A DNA stretch of 64,000 nucleotides from Candidatus Yonathbacteria bacterium (lineage in GTDB: Bacteria; Patescibacteriota; Minisyncoccia; Phycocordibacterales; JACNGX01), in contig JAAXWR010000001.1 of assembly GCA_013334825.1 (NCBI GenBank), positions 203,769 to 267,768 on the forward strand, written 5' to 3'. Position 1 is the stretch's first letter. Every line of letters starts with the position of its first letter. The notes under the pieces are model-generated. The model saw only the letters and a list, made by a program, of their open reading frames with translations. It had not been told where the DNA came from and ran no database searches. The position numbers were made by a program, and so were the translations under genes. This document shows, piece after piece, positions 49,761 to 59,786 of this stretch.

Positions 49761-49998
49761 CATCTGTATAATTTTTTTATAGTTTTTTATAGCGAAAATG
49801 TGATGAAACACCGATAGGACAATAGCATAGCGTCTCTTATGTGTCAATGGTTTTGTAGAACATTTTTTCATACACTCACTTGGTGTTACTTTTGTGTTGG
49901 ATTTCGGGAATTTTTGTGTTGTGATACGTGGTTTTATTCGTTCTCTCTGTGTGCGAATTTATGTAATATTCTATTGAGACTTGGTTTGGTGAAAGAAT

Positions 49999-50026
49999 TT
50001 GACAGAGTAGATTTTTGGGTTACAAT
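49999..50026 (+). promoter_or_regulatory. sigma70-type promoter upstream of grpE (TTGACA-16-TACAAT)
   Basis: ttgaca gagtagatttttgggt tacaat. Confidence 0.55.
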
Positions 50027-50035
50027 GGGGAGACT

Positions 50036-50656
50036 ATGAGTACTTACGATGATGATACTATTGATACTTCCACCGAAGACTCGGTGATTCATGAGGATAT
50101 GCATCCTCCCGAGGATAGTGTATCTGATGATGTTGACGTATTGTACGAAGATGAACAGGGTCCGGCTGCTATGAAACGTTTGCGTGAAAAACTTGCGCAA
50201 GCAGTGAAAGAAAAACAAGAATATCTTGATGGGTGGCAACGCGCAAAAGCGGATTTCATCAATTATAAACGTGAACAAGACGCATTGCACGGCAAGATAA
50301 AAGAAGCAGGAAAAGAAGCGATGATACATGATTTGTTATTAGTAGCCGATAGTTTTGAAATGGCATTTGGAAATAAAGAAGCGTGGGAACAAGTGGATGA
50401 AAATTGGCGCCGTGGCGTAGAATACATTTACGCGCAATTTGGCAAAGTGCTTGACGACCATGGAATCACTATCATTGAGCCAATAGGGGAACGTTTTGAC
50501 TCTTCACGCCACACAGCGACAGAAGCGATTCCTGTTGATGACGCGACGAAAGACGATAGTGTCATTGCTGTACTTCAAAAAGGGTATATGATGAATGGTA
50601 AAGTGCTTCGCCCCGCGCGCGTGAAAGTGGGACAGTACGGCACATCTGAGATGTGA
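50036..50656 (+). CDS. grpE: nucleotide exchange factor GrpE
   Basis: ...ADFINYKREQDALHGKIKEAG...GKVLRPARVKV. ATG at 50036 (the listed ORF begins at an in-frame TTG). Confidence 0.85.
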   Translation: MSTYDDDTIDTSTEDSVIHEDMHPPEDSVSDDVDVLYEDEQGPAAMKRLREKLAQAVKEKQEYLDGWQRAKADFINYKREQDALHGKIKEAGKEAMIHDLLLVADSFEMAFGNKEAWEQVDENWRRGVEYIYAQFGKVLDDHGITIIEPIGERFDSSRHTATEAIPVDDATKDDSVIAVLQKGYMMNGKVLRPARVKVGQYGTSEM

Positions 50657-50689
50657 GAGAAGTTGTCAGTTATTGGATTCTTTACGAAG

Positions 50690-50830
50690 TACGAACAATA
50701 TTTTTTAAATCCTAATATCTAAATCCTAAACAATATAAAAATTAAAAATTCAAATGTCCAAAATGTTGTGTGTTAGTTTTTGAATTTTGGTAATTGAAAT
50801 TTGTTTAGAATTTAGGATTTAGTGTTTAGT
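50690..50830. repeat. AT-rich imperfect long inverted repeat upstream of dnaK
   Basis: taaatcctaaacaa...aaaattcaaa...tttgaatttt...ttgtttagaatttaggattta. aaatcctaa-type words repeated. Confidence 0.5.
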
Positions 50831-50900
50831 ATTTATCATGGGACATTGTGATTTATACATCAGATTCTTCATTAATAATCTCTAATTTTTACATACATAT

Positions 50901-52823
50901 ATGAGTAAAATCCTTGGTATCGATCTTGGAACAACAAATTCCGCCATGGCGGTTGTCGAAGGTGGAGAACCGCGTATCATTGAAAACAGTGAAGGTGTGC
51001 GCACTACGCCGTCTGTTATCGCACAAACAAAAACGGGAGAACGTGTGGTGGGTGTTTCTGCCAAACGTCAAGCCGTAACGAATCCAGAAAATACGTTGTT
51101 TGGTATCAAACGTTTGATTGGACATCGCTACGATGACCCAGCGGTACAACGCGACAAGGAAATTGTTTCATTTAAACTGTCTCAAAGCGGTGAAGGTGTC
51201 GCTGTCGCGATGGGTGGAAAAGACTATCGTCCCGAAGAAATTTCCGCGATGATACTTCAAAAACTCAAAGCAGATGCCGAAGCGCGTCTCGGAGAGTCAA
51301 TCACAGAAGCGGTGATTACTGTGCCTGCGTATTTTAATGACGCGCAACGTCAAGCGACCAAAGACGCGGGGAAAATTGCGGGCTTTGATGTTAAACGTAT
51401 CATCAATGAACCGACAGCGGCCGCGCTCGCGTATGGATTTAACAAAAAGAAAAATGAGCAGATTGCTGTGTATGACTTTGGTGGTGGTACCTTTGATATT
51501 TCTATTCTTGAAGTTGGTGATGATGTGATTGAAGTAAAATCTACTGATGGAGACGCACATATGGGAGGTGAGGATATTGATCAAAATATTGTTGCGTGGA
51601 TTGGTGAAGAATTTAAAAAAGAATCAGGCGTAGATATTTTGAAAGACGTGCTCGCACTCCAACGCCTCAAAGAAGCTGCTGAAAAAGCAAAACATGAATT
51701 GTCCTCAGTAACTGAGACTGAAATCAACATTCCGTTTATTACATCGGATGCGTCTGGTCCGCGTCACTTGCTTCTCAAGATGACGCGAACAAAACTCGAA
51801 GAACTCGCGCGCACGTATATTGACCGTTCAATTGAAATCACCAAACGCGCAGTGGAAGCATCGGGCATTCCTGTCGGAAATATCAATGAAATTATCATGG
51901 TGGGTGGACAGACGCGTATGCCCGCGATTGTGGAAGCGGTGAAAGCATTTTTCGGAAAGGAACCAAACCGTTCTATCAATCCAGATGAAGTTGTCGCTCT
52001 TGGTGCCGCTATTCAAGCAGGAATTCTTCAAGGAGATGTGAAAGATATTTTGCTCTTGGATGTGATTCCTTTGTCGCTCGGTATTGAGACAATGGGTGGT
52101 GTTGCGACAAAACTCATTGAAAAAAATACAACCATTCCAGCTTCAAAGTCACAAACATTTTCTACCGCAGCGGATAATCAAACATCTGTGGAGATTCATA
52201 TTGTTCAAGGGGAACGTCCTATGGCATCTGACAATAGAAGTTTGGGCAAATTTATTCTTGACGGTATCCCGCCAGCTCCACGTGGTGTCCCACAGGTGGA
52301 AGTTACCTTTGACATTGATGCGAACGGTATTTTGTCGGTGAAGGCAAAAGACAAGACAAGTGGCAAAGAACAGTCTATTCGTATTGAAGCGAGTTCGGGT
52401 ATTACGGAAGAAGAAATTGCTCGTATGAAAACAGAAGCAGACGCACATGCGGATGAAGATAAAAAACGCAAGGAATCAGCGGAGACAAAAAATATTGCTG
52501 AACAAACTGCTTATACTGCTGAGAAGTCACTCAAAGAATATGCCGATAAAATCCCAGCTGAACTTAAAACAGCAATTGAAGAAAAGATTAAGGCAACACA
52601 TGATGCCGCAGCAGGAACGGATAGTGCATTGATGAAGACTACTACGGAGGCTCTCTCTGCAGAGCTTGGAAAGATCGGAGAACATCTCTCCAAAGCAGGA
52701 CAAGAAGCAAACCAAACACAATCTACTGATGCGTCTCAAACAGCGACACCAGAAGGTGAGGGGACGGTGCATGATGCTGAGTTTACGGAGAAGAAAGAAG
52801 GAGAAGAGGGTGCACAAATATAA
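50901..52823 (+). CDS. dnaK: chaperone DnaK (Hsp70)
   Basis: [29 protein letters not shown]. 640 aa. Confidence 0.95.
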   Translation: MSKILGIDLGTTNSAMAVVEGGEPRIIENSEGVRTTPSVIAQTKTGERVVGVSAKRQAVTNPENTLFGIKRLIGHRYDDPAVQRDKEIVSFKLSQSGEGVAVAMGGKDYRPEEISAMILQKLKADAEARLGESITEAVITVPAYFNDAQRQATKDAGKIAGFDVKRIINEPTAAALAYGFNKKKNEQIAVYDFGGGTFDISILEVGDDVIEVKSTDGDAHMGGEDIDQNIVAWIGEEFKKESGVDILKDVLALQRLKEAAEKAKHELSSVTETEINIPFITSDASGPRHLLLKMTRTKLEELARTYIDRSIEITKRAVEASGIPVGNINEIIMVGGQTRMPAIVEAVKAFFGKEPNRSINPDEVVALGAAIQAGILQGDVKDILLLDVIPLSLGIETMGGVATKLIEKNTTIPASKSQTFSTAADNQTSVEIHIVQGERPMASDNRSLGKFILDGIPPAPRGVPQVEVTFDIDANGILSVKAKDKTSGKEQSIRIEASSGITEEEIARMKTEADAHADEDKKRKESAETKNIAEQTAYTAEKSLKEYADKIPAELKTAIEEKIKATHDAAAGTDSALMKTTTEALSAELGKIGEHLSKAGQEANQTQSTDASQTATPEGEGTVHDAEFTEKKEGEEGAQI

Positions 52824-52885
52824 CAAGAAAGATTGAAACACGGAATCGTATATAAGTGCCGTCTTGTTTTTGAGCATGAGTTCCC

Positions 52886-52934
52886 AAAAATCGCCCCGCC
52901 CTTTCAGGAGAAAGGGCGGGGCGATTCAGTTTTG
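52886..52934 (+). terminator. strong intrinsic terminator after dnaK
   Basis: aaaaatcgccccgccctttcaggagaaagggcggggcgattcagtttt. Confidence 0.7.
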
Positions 52935-52988
52935 TGATGAAGTGGCGCGGGGATTACATCCCCGCGCCACTTTCGTATCGTATCTTTC

Positions 52989-53033
52989 TTCCGCTAGGTT
53001 AAACCTAACGACGTTAGGTTTAACCTAGCGGAA
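52989..53033. other. perfect 45-bp palindrome
   Basis: ttccgctaggttaaacctaacg a cgttaggtttaacctagcggaa. Preceded by a further hairpin gaagtggcgcggggattacatccccgcgccactt. Confidence 0.7.
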
Positions 53034-53150
53034 GAAACCTAGCAGAAGATTGGATTTTTGTGCGTTCGATACCCTTTACTTTTTTGTACATGTGTGGTAT
53101 GTTCGAGATGGTATTGTCTTCTGAAAACATAATTAATAAAAGAAAAAACT

Positions 53151-53519
53151 ATGTGTGAACAGTTGTTTCCAATTGTCTTTTTCCTATGCACGTTGTGCAT
53201 GGTTGGTGTCATCCTGGCGTCTTTCCTTGTCAGGGTATCGACAAGGGATATGCTTACTTTTGCAATGATAACACAGGCATCACTCCTTGTGTTTCTTGTC
53301 GAATTTCTCGTCTTTTATGACGAGGTTATCGACGTGTCCAGGGAAATGTGGATGCTCCTCTGTAATGGAGTTTTTATAAGCCCCGTTTTGTTCTTTGAGA
53401 TGTTCGGGGCTGTCTTCGGGACACGTGATTGGTTGGTGCCCCTTACGGCAAATATACTCACCGTGGCAGTGCTTGCAGGTGGGTATCTGATTATTCTCAA
53501 AAGAAAGCATGTTGCATAG
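53151..53519 (+). CDS. small hypothetical membrane protein
   Basis: 122 aa, ~4 hydrophobic helices. Confidence 0.4.
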   Translation: MCEQLFPIVFFLCTLCMVGVILASFLVRVSTRDMLTFAMITQASLLVFLVEFLVFYDEVIDVSREMWMLLCNGVFISPVLFFEMFGAVFGTRDWLVPLTANILTVAVLAGGYLIILKRKHVA

Positions 53520-53570
53520 AGCGGTCTTTCGACCGCTTTTTTGTTTGAAAAAATGTGGTATGATGGTGGT

Positions 53571-54641
53571 ATGAAGAAAGACTATTATGACATGTTGGGT
53601 GTTCCCAAGAGTGCTAGTAAAGAAGATATCAAAAAAGCATTTCGTAAACTTGCACACAAATATCATCCTGATAAAAAGGATGGTGATGAGGCAAAGTTTA
53701 AAGAAGTGAATGAAGCATATCAGATTCTTTCTGATGATAAAAAACGCGCAGAGTATGATACGTACGGACAAACATTTGGTGGTGCGGGAGGCGCACAAGG
53801 GTTTGATGGCTTCGGTGGTTTTGGAGGATTTGACCCGTCTAGCGCGGGTGTTGAATTTGATTTGGGCGATATTTTTGATCAATTTTTTGGTGGCGGTGGA
53901 GGTGGTGGTCGTGGCGGAATGCGTCGTGGCAATGATATTTCTATTGGTATCGAAATTCCTTTCACGGAAGCAGTCTTTGGAACAACCCGTACGGTGCTTG
54001 TGACAAAAACTTCTGCATGTTCATCTTGTGAAGGAACAGGAGCAAAAAAAGGTGCAAACATGAAGACGTGTAGTACTTGTAACGGTAAAGGAAAAGTCCA
54101 TGAAGCGCGCCGTTCACCGTTTGGTACGTTTTCAGTTTCTCGTACCTGTGACGTGTGTGGGGGAACGGGACAAATTCCCGAAGAAGTATGCGCGACATGC
54201 AAAGGTGCGGGTGTTGTCCGTGACCGTGAAGAGATTCGCATCGTTGTCCCTGAAGGGATAGAGGATGGCGCGATGATTCGTATGTCAGGAAAAGGCGAGG
54301 CGGTTCCTCGAGGGACGACCGGAGATTTGTATGTGAATGTACGCGTGATGCCTGATAAAACATTCTCACGACAAGGACTTGATCTTGTGATGCATTTACC
54401 CATAAAGCTTTCTGATGCACTCCTCGGTACACATCGTACTGTTGTCACACTGGATGGTGATATTGATGTGACGATTCCCGCGGGCATATCATTTGGAGAA
54501 ACACTCCGTATTCGGGGTAAGGGCGTGCCATCTCGGGGATCTCGCGGTGACCTTCTCATAAAACTCACCATTGAGATGCCGAAAAAACTTTCAAAAAAAG
54601 CAAAAGACCTTATCGAGTCTCTCAAAAAAGAAGGCATGTAG
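53571..54641 (+). CDS. dnaJ: chaperone DnaJ
   Basis: J-domain YHPDK. Gly-rich linker. Four CxxCxGxG zinc-finger repeats ([32 protein letters not shown]). Confidence 0.9.
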   Translation: MKKDYYDMLGVPKSASKEDIKKAFRKLAHKYHPDKKDGDEAKFKEVNEAYQILSDDKKRAEYDTYGQTFGGAGGAQGFDGFGGFGGFDPSSAGVEFDLGDIFDQFFGGGGGGGRGGMRRGNDISIGIEIPFTEAVFGTTRTVLVTKTSACSSCEGTGAKKGANMKTCSTCNGKGKVHEARRSPFGTFSVSRTCDVCGGTGQIPEEVCATCKGAGVVRDREEIRIVVPEGIEDGAMIRMSGKGEAVPRGTTGDLYVNVRVMPDKTFSRQGLDLVMHLPIKLSDALLGTHRTVVTLDGDIDVTIPAGISFGETLRIRGKGVPSRGSRGDLLIKLTIEMPKKLSKKAKDLIESLKKEGM

Positions 54642-54642
54642 T

Positions 54643-55368
54643 ATGAGTGATGAACGACGCTCTTTTTCTGACTGGGTATGGACTACTCTGCCATGGATAC
54701 TTCAGGCAATGATATGGATTCCCACAAGAATTATTCTCCGTGTGTTTTTTCGTACTCACATTGAAGGTGTTGAACATCTCAAAGGAATACGTGGTCCTGT
54801 TATCTTTGCGGTGAATCATACAAGTTTTTGGGATCCGATTTTGGTCGCAGGAGCATTACCTTTTTTTTCACGTCGATATCCAATGATGTATGTCGCGCGC
54901 GAACATGCGTATTATCATCGATATGGAAAGTTTTTTCCTATGTTTTTGTTTCAAGCGTGGGGCGCGCACCCTGCACAAGGAGGACTTCGTGACTACGCGG
55001 CATCACTTGCTACGCATGTACATTTTTTGAAACAGGGAAGGAGTTTGTGTGTATTTCCTGAAGGAAAAGTTTCTCGCACCACGGAAGATATTCAACCATT
55101 TAAAGGCGGTATCGGATATTTGGCGTATGAGACAAAAGCTACCGTGGTGCCTGTTATTTTGCATGGCACGTATAACATGACTCTCAAAGGAGTTTTTACA
55201 CGGCGTTATGTTGCTACAATTTCTTTTTGCAGACCTCTCGTTTTTGAAGATTTATTTATTACGAAAGGTGGTGGCACACATTTCTCAGTCGATGATTATA
55301 AAAAAACAGCTGAAGATATTCGTAAGCAGATGTGTATTGTTTTCGAAAAATATAAAAAAGATATATAA
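54643..55368 (+). CDS. plsC: 1-acyl-sn-glycerol-3-phosphate acyltransferase
   Basis: NHTSFWD (NHxSxxD) and FPEGKVS motifs. Start codon overlaps the dnaJ stop. Confidence 0.75.
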   Translation: MSDERRSFSDWVWTTLPWILQAMIWIPTRIILRVFFRTHIEGVEHLKGIRGPVIFAVNHTSFWDPILVAGALPFFSRRYPMMYVAREHAYYHRYGKFFPMFLFQAWGAHPAQGGLRDYAASLATHVHFLKQGRSLCVFPEGKVSRTTEDIQPFKGGIGYLAYETKATVVPVILHGTYNMTLKGVFTRRYVATISFCRPLVFEDLFITKGGGTHFSVDDYKKTAEDIRKQMCIVFEKYKKDI

Positions 55369-55377
55369 TATAGATAT

Positions 55378-57033
55378 ATGTTTTCCACTGATGCTATACG
55401 TGCCATTCTCGGCATAGAAGAGTCTGTGCAACTTACACCACTAGAAATGGCGGATAAATTAAATATTACTTTTTATCCATACTCTGAACATGACGTGAGT
55501 CCACATGTTCTTGCATTCGCAACATTACTAGAGAAGACCCTATTTGAATTAAAAGCAAATATTGTTCCCTATGAGGAATCATTAGAGCATGTTTCTGTGC
55601 GAAAACGTATACGAAGAGTCGTACGTATTTTGATTAATGATATAGGGTATTTTTTCCAACGTATAATTAAAAAAACTCCCTCAATACCATTCATTGGTAT
55701 CGCGGTCATAAAAAGTGCGCTTCGTCCGAAAAGAATAAAAGCGGGCATATCTGTTATTGCTTTAGGAGAGCAAGCAACAGGAAATCTACCCATGGACAAT
55801 ACTTCAAGTTTTCGAAGGAGTTCTGTAATTACCATACTTGATCGTCCAGATAATATAAAAAAAGAGACAGCATTTCAGGAGCATTTTGATACTGCCATGC
55901 ATCTGTTTGCGTATCATATGACGAATATCGTACTTGCTGTCGACGAAAAAGAGTGGATCGTATATAACTTCAATGCATCACATCCTGTGTATCAGATTGA
56001 TGACACTTTTAAAGAACATGTATTATCGGCATTAATACCAAAAATTGTTGCTCCTATCAGGCCGTATCGATTTTCGGAATTTATTGTGACACAAAATGGT
56101 TTTGATCCGCATGACGAATATCATGAACGTTTAGTATATGATTTGACATATAGTGGAACACTTCTTGAAAAAACAGGATTGTATCCACCTGGAAAAAAGA
56201 TTGAAGATCTTCCTTTTCGAAATAAATTTTATGAGTGGATTGGGAAAATACATTTAGATAACCGTAATGGCATGAGCTATGGATTTCTTGCTTTGCAAAT
56301 GCCAGTACAGATTTCTCCAGTGATGAACCATGAGGAAGCAGAAAAGTTTTTTGGGGATTCCATACCACTTGCTGAAGGAAACTTCGTATTTGATACACAT
56401 ATGTATTTTACTTTTTCATTTGATGGAGAATTGTTATATATGAAAATTCCTGATGTGTGGGTTCTCTCTCAGCGTTCTGGTTGTGATAAAACACATATGG
56501 ATCCAGAAAAAGATATTTTAAAAATGGGGCTTATCGATGGGCAGATGCATCTTCGTTCGCCAAAAGGTTTGGAGTTAACAAAAGAATATAAACCTTCTTT
56601 TGATACAAAGGTGATTTTGGCACATGCTGTGGGAAATGCGATTGTTGCTTCTCTTTCGGCATATAAAGGAATAAATAGTCATTTTGTAACTATGATGCGC
56701 ACACAAGGTGTTGCTCTTGCGCATTGGCATGGATATATCAATCCCAATATGATTCCCGAAGGATGGTTTACACATGGTATCCAAAATCCTCATGTTGCGT
56801 GTTCATCACCCCAATCAGCAGTGTACGCTCTTTCGGGAAAACTCGATGTATTTATTGAGGCATTTGCAAAGAAGAAAGAATATAGAGGAGACATTCATAT
56901 CGAACCACACCATGGTACAAATATTATTTTTCCGAGTCTGGTGGAACTTGGTAAATATCTTTCTGGAGATATGCAAGTTGCTGTTTTGGGAAATGCGTAC
57001 CTTTATTTGTATGAACATAATGAGAATCTTTAA
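55378..57033 (+). CDS. hypothetical protein (551 aa), no recognised domain
   Basis: Long uninterrupted ORF co-oriented with dnaJ-plsC. AT-rich codon usage. Confidence 0.5.
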   Translation: MFSTDAIRAILGIEESVQLTPLEMADKLNITFYPYSEHDVSPHVLAFATLLEKTLFELKANIVPYEESLEHVSVRKRIRRVVRILINDIGYFFQRIIKKTPSIPFIGIAVIKSALRPKRIKAGISVIALGEQATGNLPMDNTSSFRRSSVITILDRPDNIKKETAFQEHFDTAMHLFAYHMTNIVLAVDEKEWIVYNFNASHPVYQIDDTFKEHVLSALIPKIVAPIRPYRFSEFIVTQNGFDPHDEYHERLVYDLTYSGTLLEKTGLYPPGKKIEDLPFRNKFYEWIGKIHLDNRNGMSYGFLALQMPVQISPVMNHEEAEKFFGDSIPLAEGNFVFDTHMYFTFSFDGELLYMKIPDVWVLSQRSGCDKTHMDPEKDILKMGLIDGQMHLRSPKGLELTKEYKPSFDTKVILAHAVGNAIVASLSAYKGINSHFVTMMRTQGVALAHWHGYINPNMIPEGWFTHGIQNPHVACSSPQSAVYALSGKLDVFIEAFAKKKEYRGDIHIEPHHGTNIIFPSLVELGKYLSGDMQVAVLGNAYLYLYEHNENL

Positions 57034-57052
57034 ATGGTGTTAGTAACTATTC

Positions 57053-58711
57053 ATGGTTGATTTTTTCCTTACAGATTATTATTCCGTTTCTCTCTTTATT
57101 GGGGGAGTTATCGCCTTGGTATCTGGACTTTTGGTGTTTCTAAATAATAGTAGAGACTCAGTAAATATCTCGTGGGTGTTTTTGAGTATCATTACTTCTA
57201 TCTGGAGCTTTGGGTACCTTATGCTTATAAAGACGGAAGATATCTCAATTGCGACGTTATCAAATATCATATTACATGTCGCGGCATCAATAATTCCTGT
57301 TGCGTATGTGTATTTTGTTCTGAGTATCACCAAGACAACATATATATACAAAAAAATACTGTATGTGATGGTGCCAACGATGATTACCTTTGTAGGTCTT
57401 TCTTTTTCATCTTTTTTGTTGGGAGAAGTTATTCCAAAGTCAGATATTGGATGGTCTTTCTCGTTTGCTCCAGTTGCTGGTCCGGGGTATGTGTTTTTTG
57501 CAGTATATTTTTTTGTTGTAACATTAGCTGGCGCGGTAGTCCTTGGTAATTTTGTTAGAAAAAAGAATTTAGAACATCAGAATAAAATTCGTTTGATATT
57601 TGTACTTGTATCATCGATGGTAGGATTTCTTGGTGGTGGAAGTGTTTTCCCATTAACATTTGGTGTCCTTGTTCCGCCCTATCCTATACTATTGTTTTCC
57701 TTGTATCCTATCATTATCACCTATGCGATTATAAAACACCGTCTCTTTAACATGAAGATTGTTGCCGCTGAGTCGATGACAATTGCGTTATGGATATTAC
57801 TGTTGATGAGAACCCTTTTGTCTGGAGATTCTAGTGATGGTGTGTTGGATGCAGTAGTATTGGCGGTTTCGTTTTTTATTGGTTCATACCTTATTAATAG
57901 TGTTCGTGAAGATGTAAAAACACGCGAAGAAATTGAAGCATTGGTAAAACGTTTACGAGTTGCTAATGAGCATTTGCGCGAACTTGATAAACAAAAAACA
58001 GAATTTGTTTCCATCGCGTCACATCAATTGCGTACACCACTCACTGCTATCAAAGGATATTCTTCGATGATTTTGGATGGCTCGTTTGGTAAGGTATGTG
58101 ATGAAGTAAAAGATCCAGTTATGCGTATTTTCCGATCAAGTGAACGACTTGTTGATACAGTTGAAGATTTTTTGAATGTTGCGCGTATTGAGCAGGGGAG
58201 AATGTCGTACGATATGGAGTATATTGATATGTATCCTTTAGTGAAAGAAATTGTTGAAGAGCTTTTTTATACCGCTCAAGAAAAAGGTGTTTCATTATCA
58301 CTTATTCCGTGTCGTGCACGATGTCTCGCCTTTGCGGATAAAGGAAAAATACGCCAAGTCGTACTTAACCTTGTAGATAATGCAGTGAAATATACACCAT
58401 CGGGAAGTGTCGAGGTGTCAGTCAAGGAAGAGATCCTTGGCAGAAAAACGTTCGTTACATTTACGGTGACTGATACGGGTATTGGTATTCCTGATGCATT
58501 TGTGGGAGAGCTGTTTGGTAAATTTAATCGTGCGGAAAATAGCAGTACGTATCATGCAAATGGTTCGGGCGTTGGTCTCTATGTAGCCAATGAGATTGTA
58601 AAAGCACACCATGGTGTTATTGAAGTGAAATCGGAAGAAGGAAAAGGAACGACGTTTTCTGTTACGCTTCCTGGAAGGGTGCAGACAATAAAAGGATCGA
58701 CAAAAGTATAG
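57053..58711 (+). CDS. sensor histidine kinase with N-terminal 7TM sensor region; no response regulator adjacent
   Basis: H-box FVSIASHQLRTPLTAIKGY, N-box VLNLVDNAVKYT, G-boxes DTGIGIP and GSGVGL. Confidence 0.8.
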   Translation: MVDFFLTDYYSVSLFIGGVIALVSGLLVFLNNSRDSVNISWVFLSIITSIWSFGYLMLIKTEDISIATLSNIILHVAASIIPVAYVYFVLSITKTTYIYKKILYVMVPTMITFVGLSFSSFLLGEVIPKSDIGWSFSFAPVAGPGYVFFAVYFFVVTLAGAVVLGNFVRKKNLEHQNKIRLIFVLVSSMVGFLGGGSVFPLTFGVLVPPYPILLFSLYPIIITYAIIKHRLFNMKIVAAESMTIALWILLLMRTLLSGDSSDGVLDAVVLAVSFFIGSYLINSVREDVKTREEIEALVKRLRVANEHLRELDKQKTEFVSIASHQLRTPLTAIKGYSSMILDGSFGKVCDEVKDPVMRIFRSSERLVDTVEDFLNVARIEQGRMSYDMEYIDMYPLVKEIVEELFYTAQEKGVSLSLIPCRARCLAFADKGKIRQVVLNLVDNAVKYTPSGSVEVSVKEEILGRKTFVTFTVTDTGIGIPDAFVGELFGKFNRAENSSTYHANGSGVGLYVANEIVKAHHGVIEVKSEEGKGTTFSVTLPGRVQTIKGSTKV

Positions 58712-58759
58712 TATAAAATGATACTCGCTCAGCTTTCATTGCTGTGATATAGTATCTCT

Positions 58760-59737
58760 ATGTCATCAGAAACAAAACCAATTGGTCTTTCGGGTGTCAA
58801 GCCGACAGGAAGACCACATATCGGTAATTATTTTGGCGCAATGCGTCAATTTGTTGCTTTGCAGGAGGAATATCGCATGTTTGTGTTTATTGCAGATTTA
58901 CATGGGCTTAATCTTATTCAAGACGCGTCAATGATGCGTGAACTTTCTCTTGGAGTCGCTATTGATTATTTGGCACTTGGCCTTGATCCGTCAAAAACGG
59001 TGCTGTATCGTCAATCGGATATTCCAGAAATTACTGAACTTTCATGGATATTGGGAACGTTGACGACCATGCCGTATCTTATGCGGGCGCATGCTTTTAA
59101 AGACGCCGAAGCAAAAAATAAAGATATCAATGTGGGGACCTTTACCTATCCGGTGCTTATGGCCGCAGACATTTTGATACAAGATGCACAGGTCGTTCCC
59201 GTAGGGAAAGATCAAGAACAACATTTGGAAATTGCTCGTGATATGGCAGCAAAGTTTAATACTACATTTGGAGAAACATTTATCGCGCCGAAGTCTGTTA
59301 TCATGGAGGATGTGGCGACTGTGCCGGGTATCGATGGACGCAAGATGAGTAAGAGTTATGATAACACCATACCACTTTTTGGAAGTGATGATGAGATTGT
59401 AAAAGCAGTTGCTGGTATTGTCACGGATTCTCGTTTACCTGAAGAACCAAAAAATCCTGATGCTGATAATATTTTTGCACTGCATAAACTGTTTAGTACA
59501 TCGGTACTTCCTGATATTGAACGCCGATATCGTGAGGGGGGTATGGGATATAAGGAATCAAAGGATATTCTTCGTGAACACATTCTTGACTTCGTTCGCC
59601 CTCTTCGTGAAAAACGTGAAGCGATTTTAGGAGATGTATCAACCGTCGAGCGTATCCTTGATGAAGGTGGCAAAGTTGCCCGAGAACGTGCAATCATTAA
59701 ACTCGATGATGTCCGTAAAAAAACTGGACTTCGTTAG
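58760..59737 (+). CDS. trpS: tryptophan--tRNA ligase
   Basis: Class I HIGH-like PHIGNYFG and KMSKS motifs. 325 aa. Confidence 0.9.
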   Translation: MSSETKPIGLSGVKPTGRPHIGNYFGAMRQFVALQEEYRMFVFIADLHGLNLIQDASMMRELSLGVAIDYLALGLDPSKTVLYRQSDIPEITELSWILGTLTTMPYLMRAHAFKDAEAKNKDINVGTFTYPVLMAADILIQDAQVVPVGKDQEQHLEIARDMAAKFNTTFGETFIAPKSVIMEDVATVPGIDGRKMSKSYDNTIPLFGSDDEIVKAVAGIVTDSRLPEEPKNPDADNIFALHKLFSTSVLPDIERRYREGGMGYKESKDILREHILDFVRPLREKREAILGDVSTVERILDEGGKVARERAIIKLDDVRKKTGLR

Positions 59738-59786
59738 TTCTTCTTTCCTCACATTTATTATTCTTCATTCTTAATTTATATTCTCC

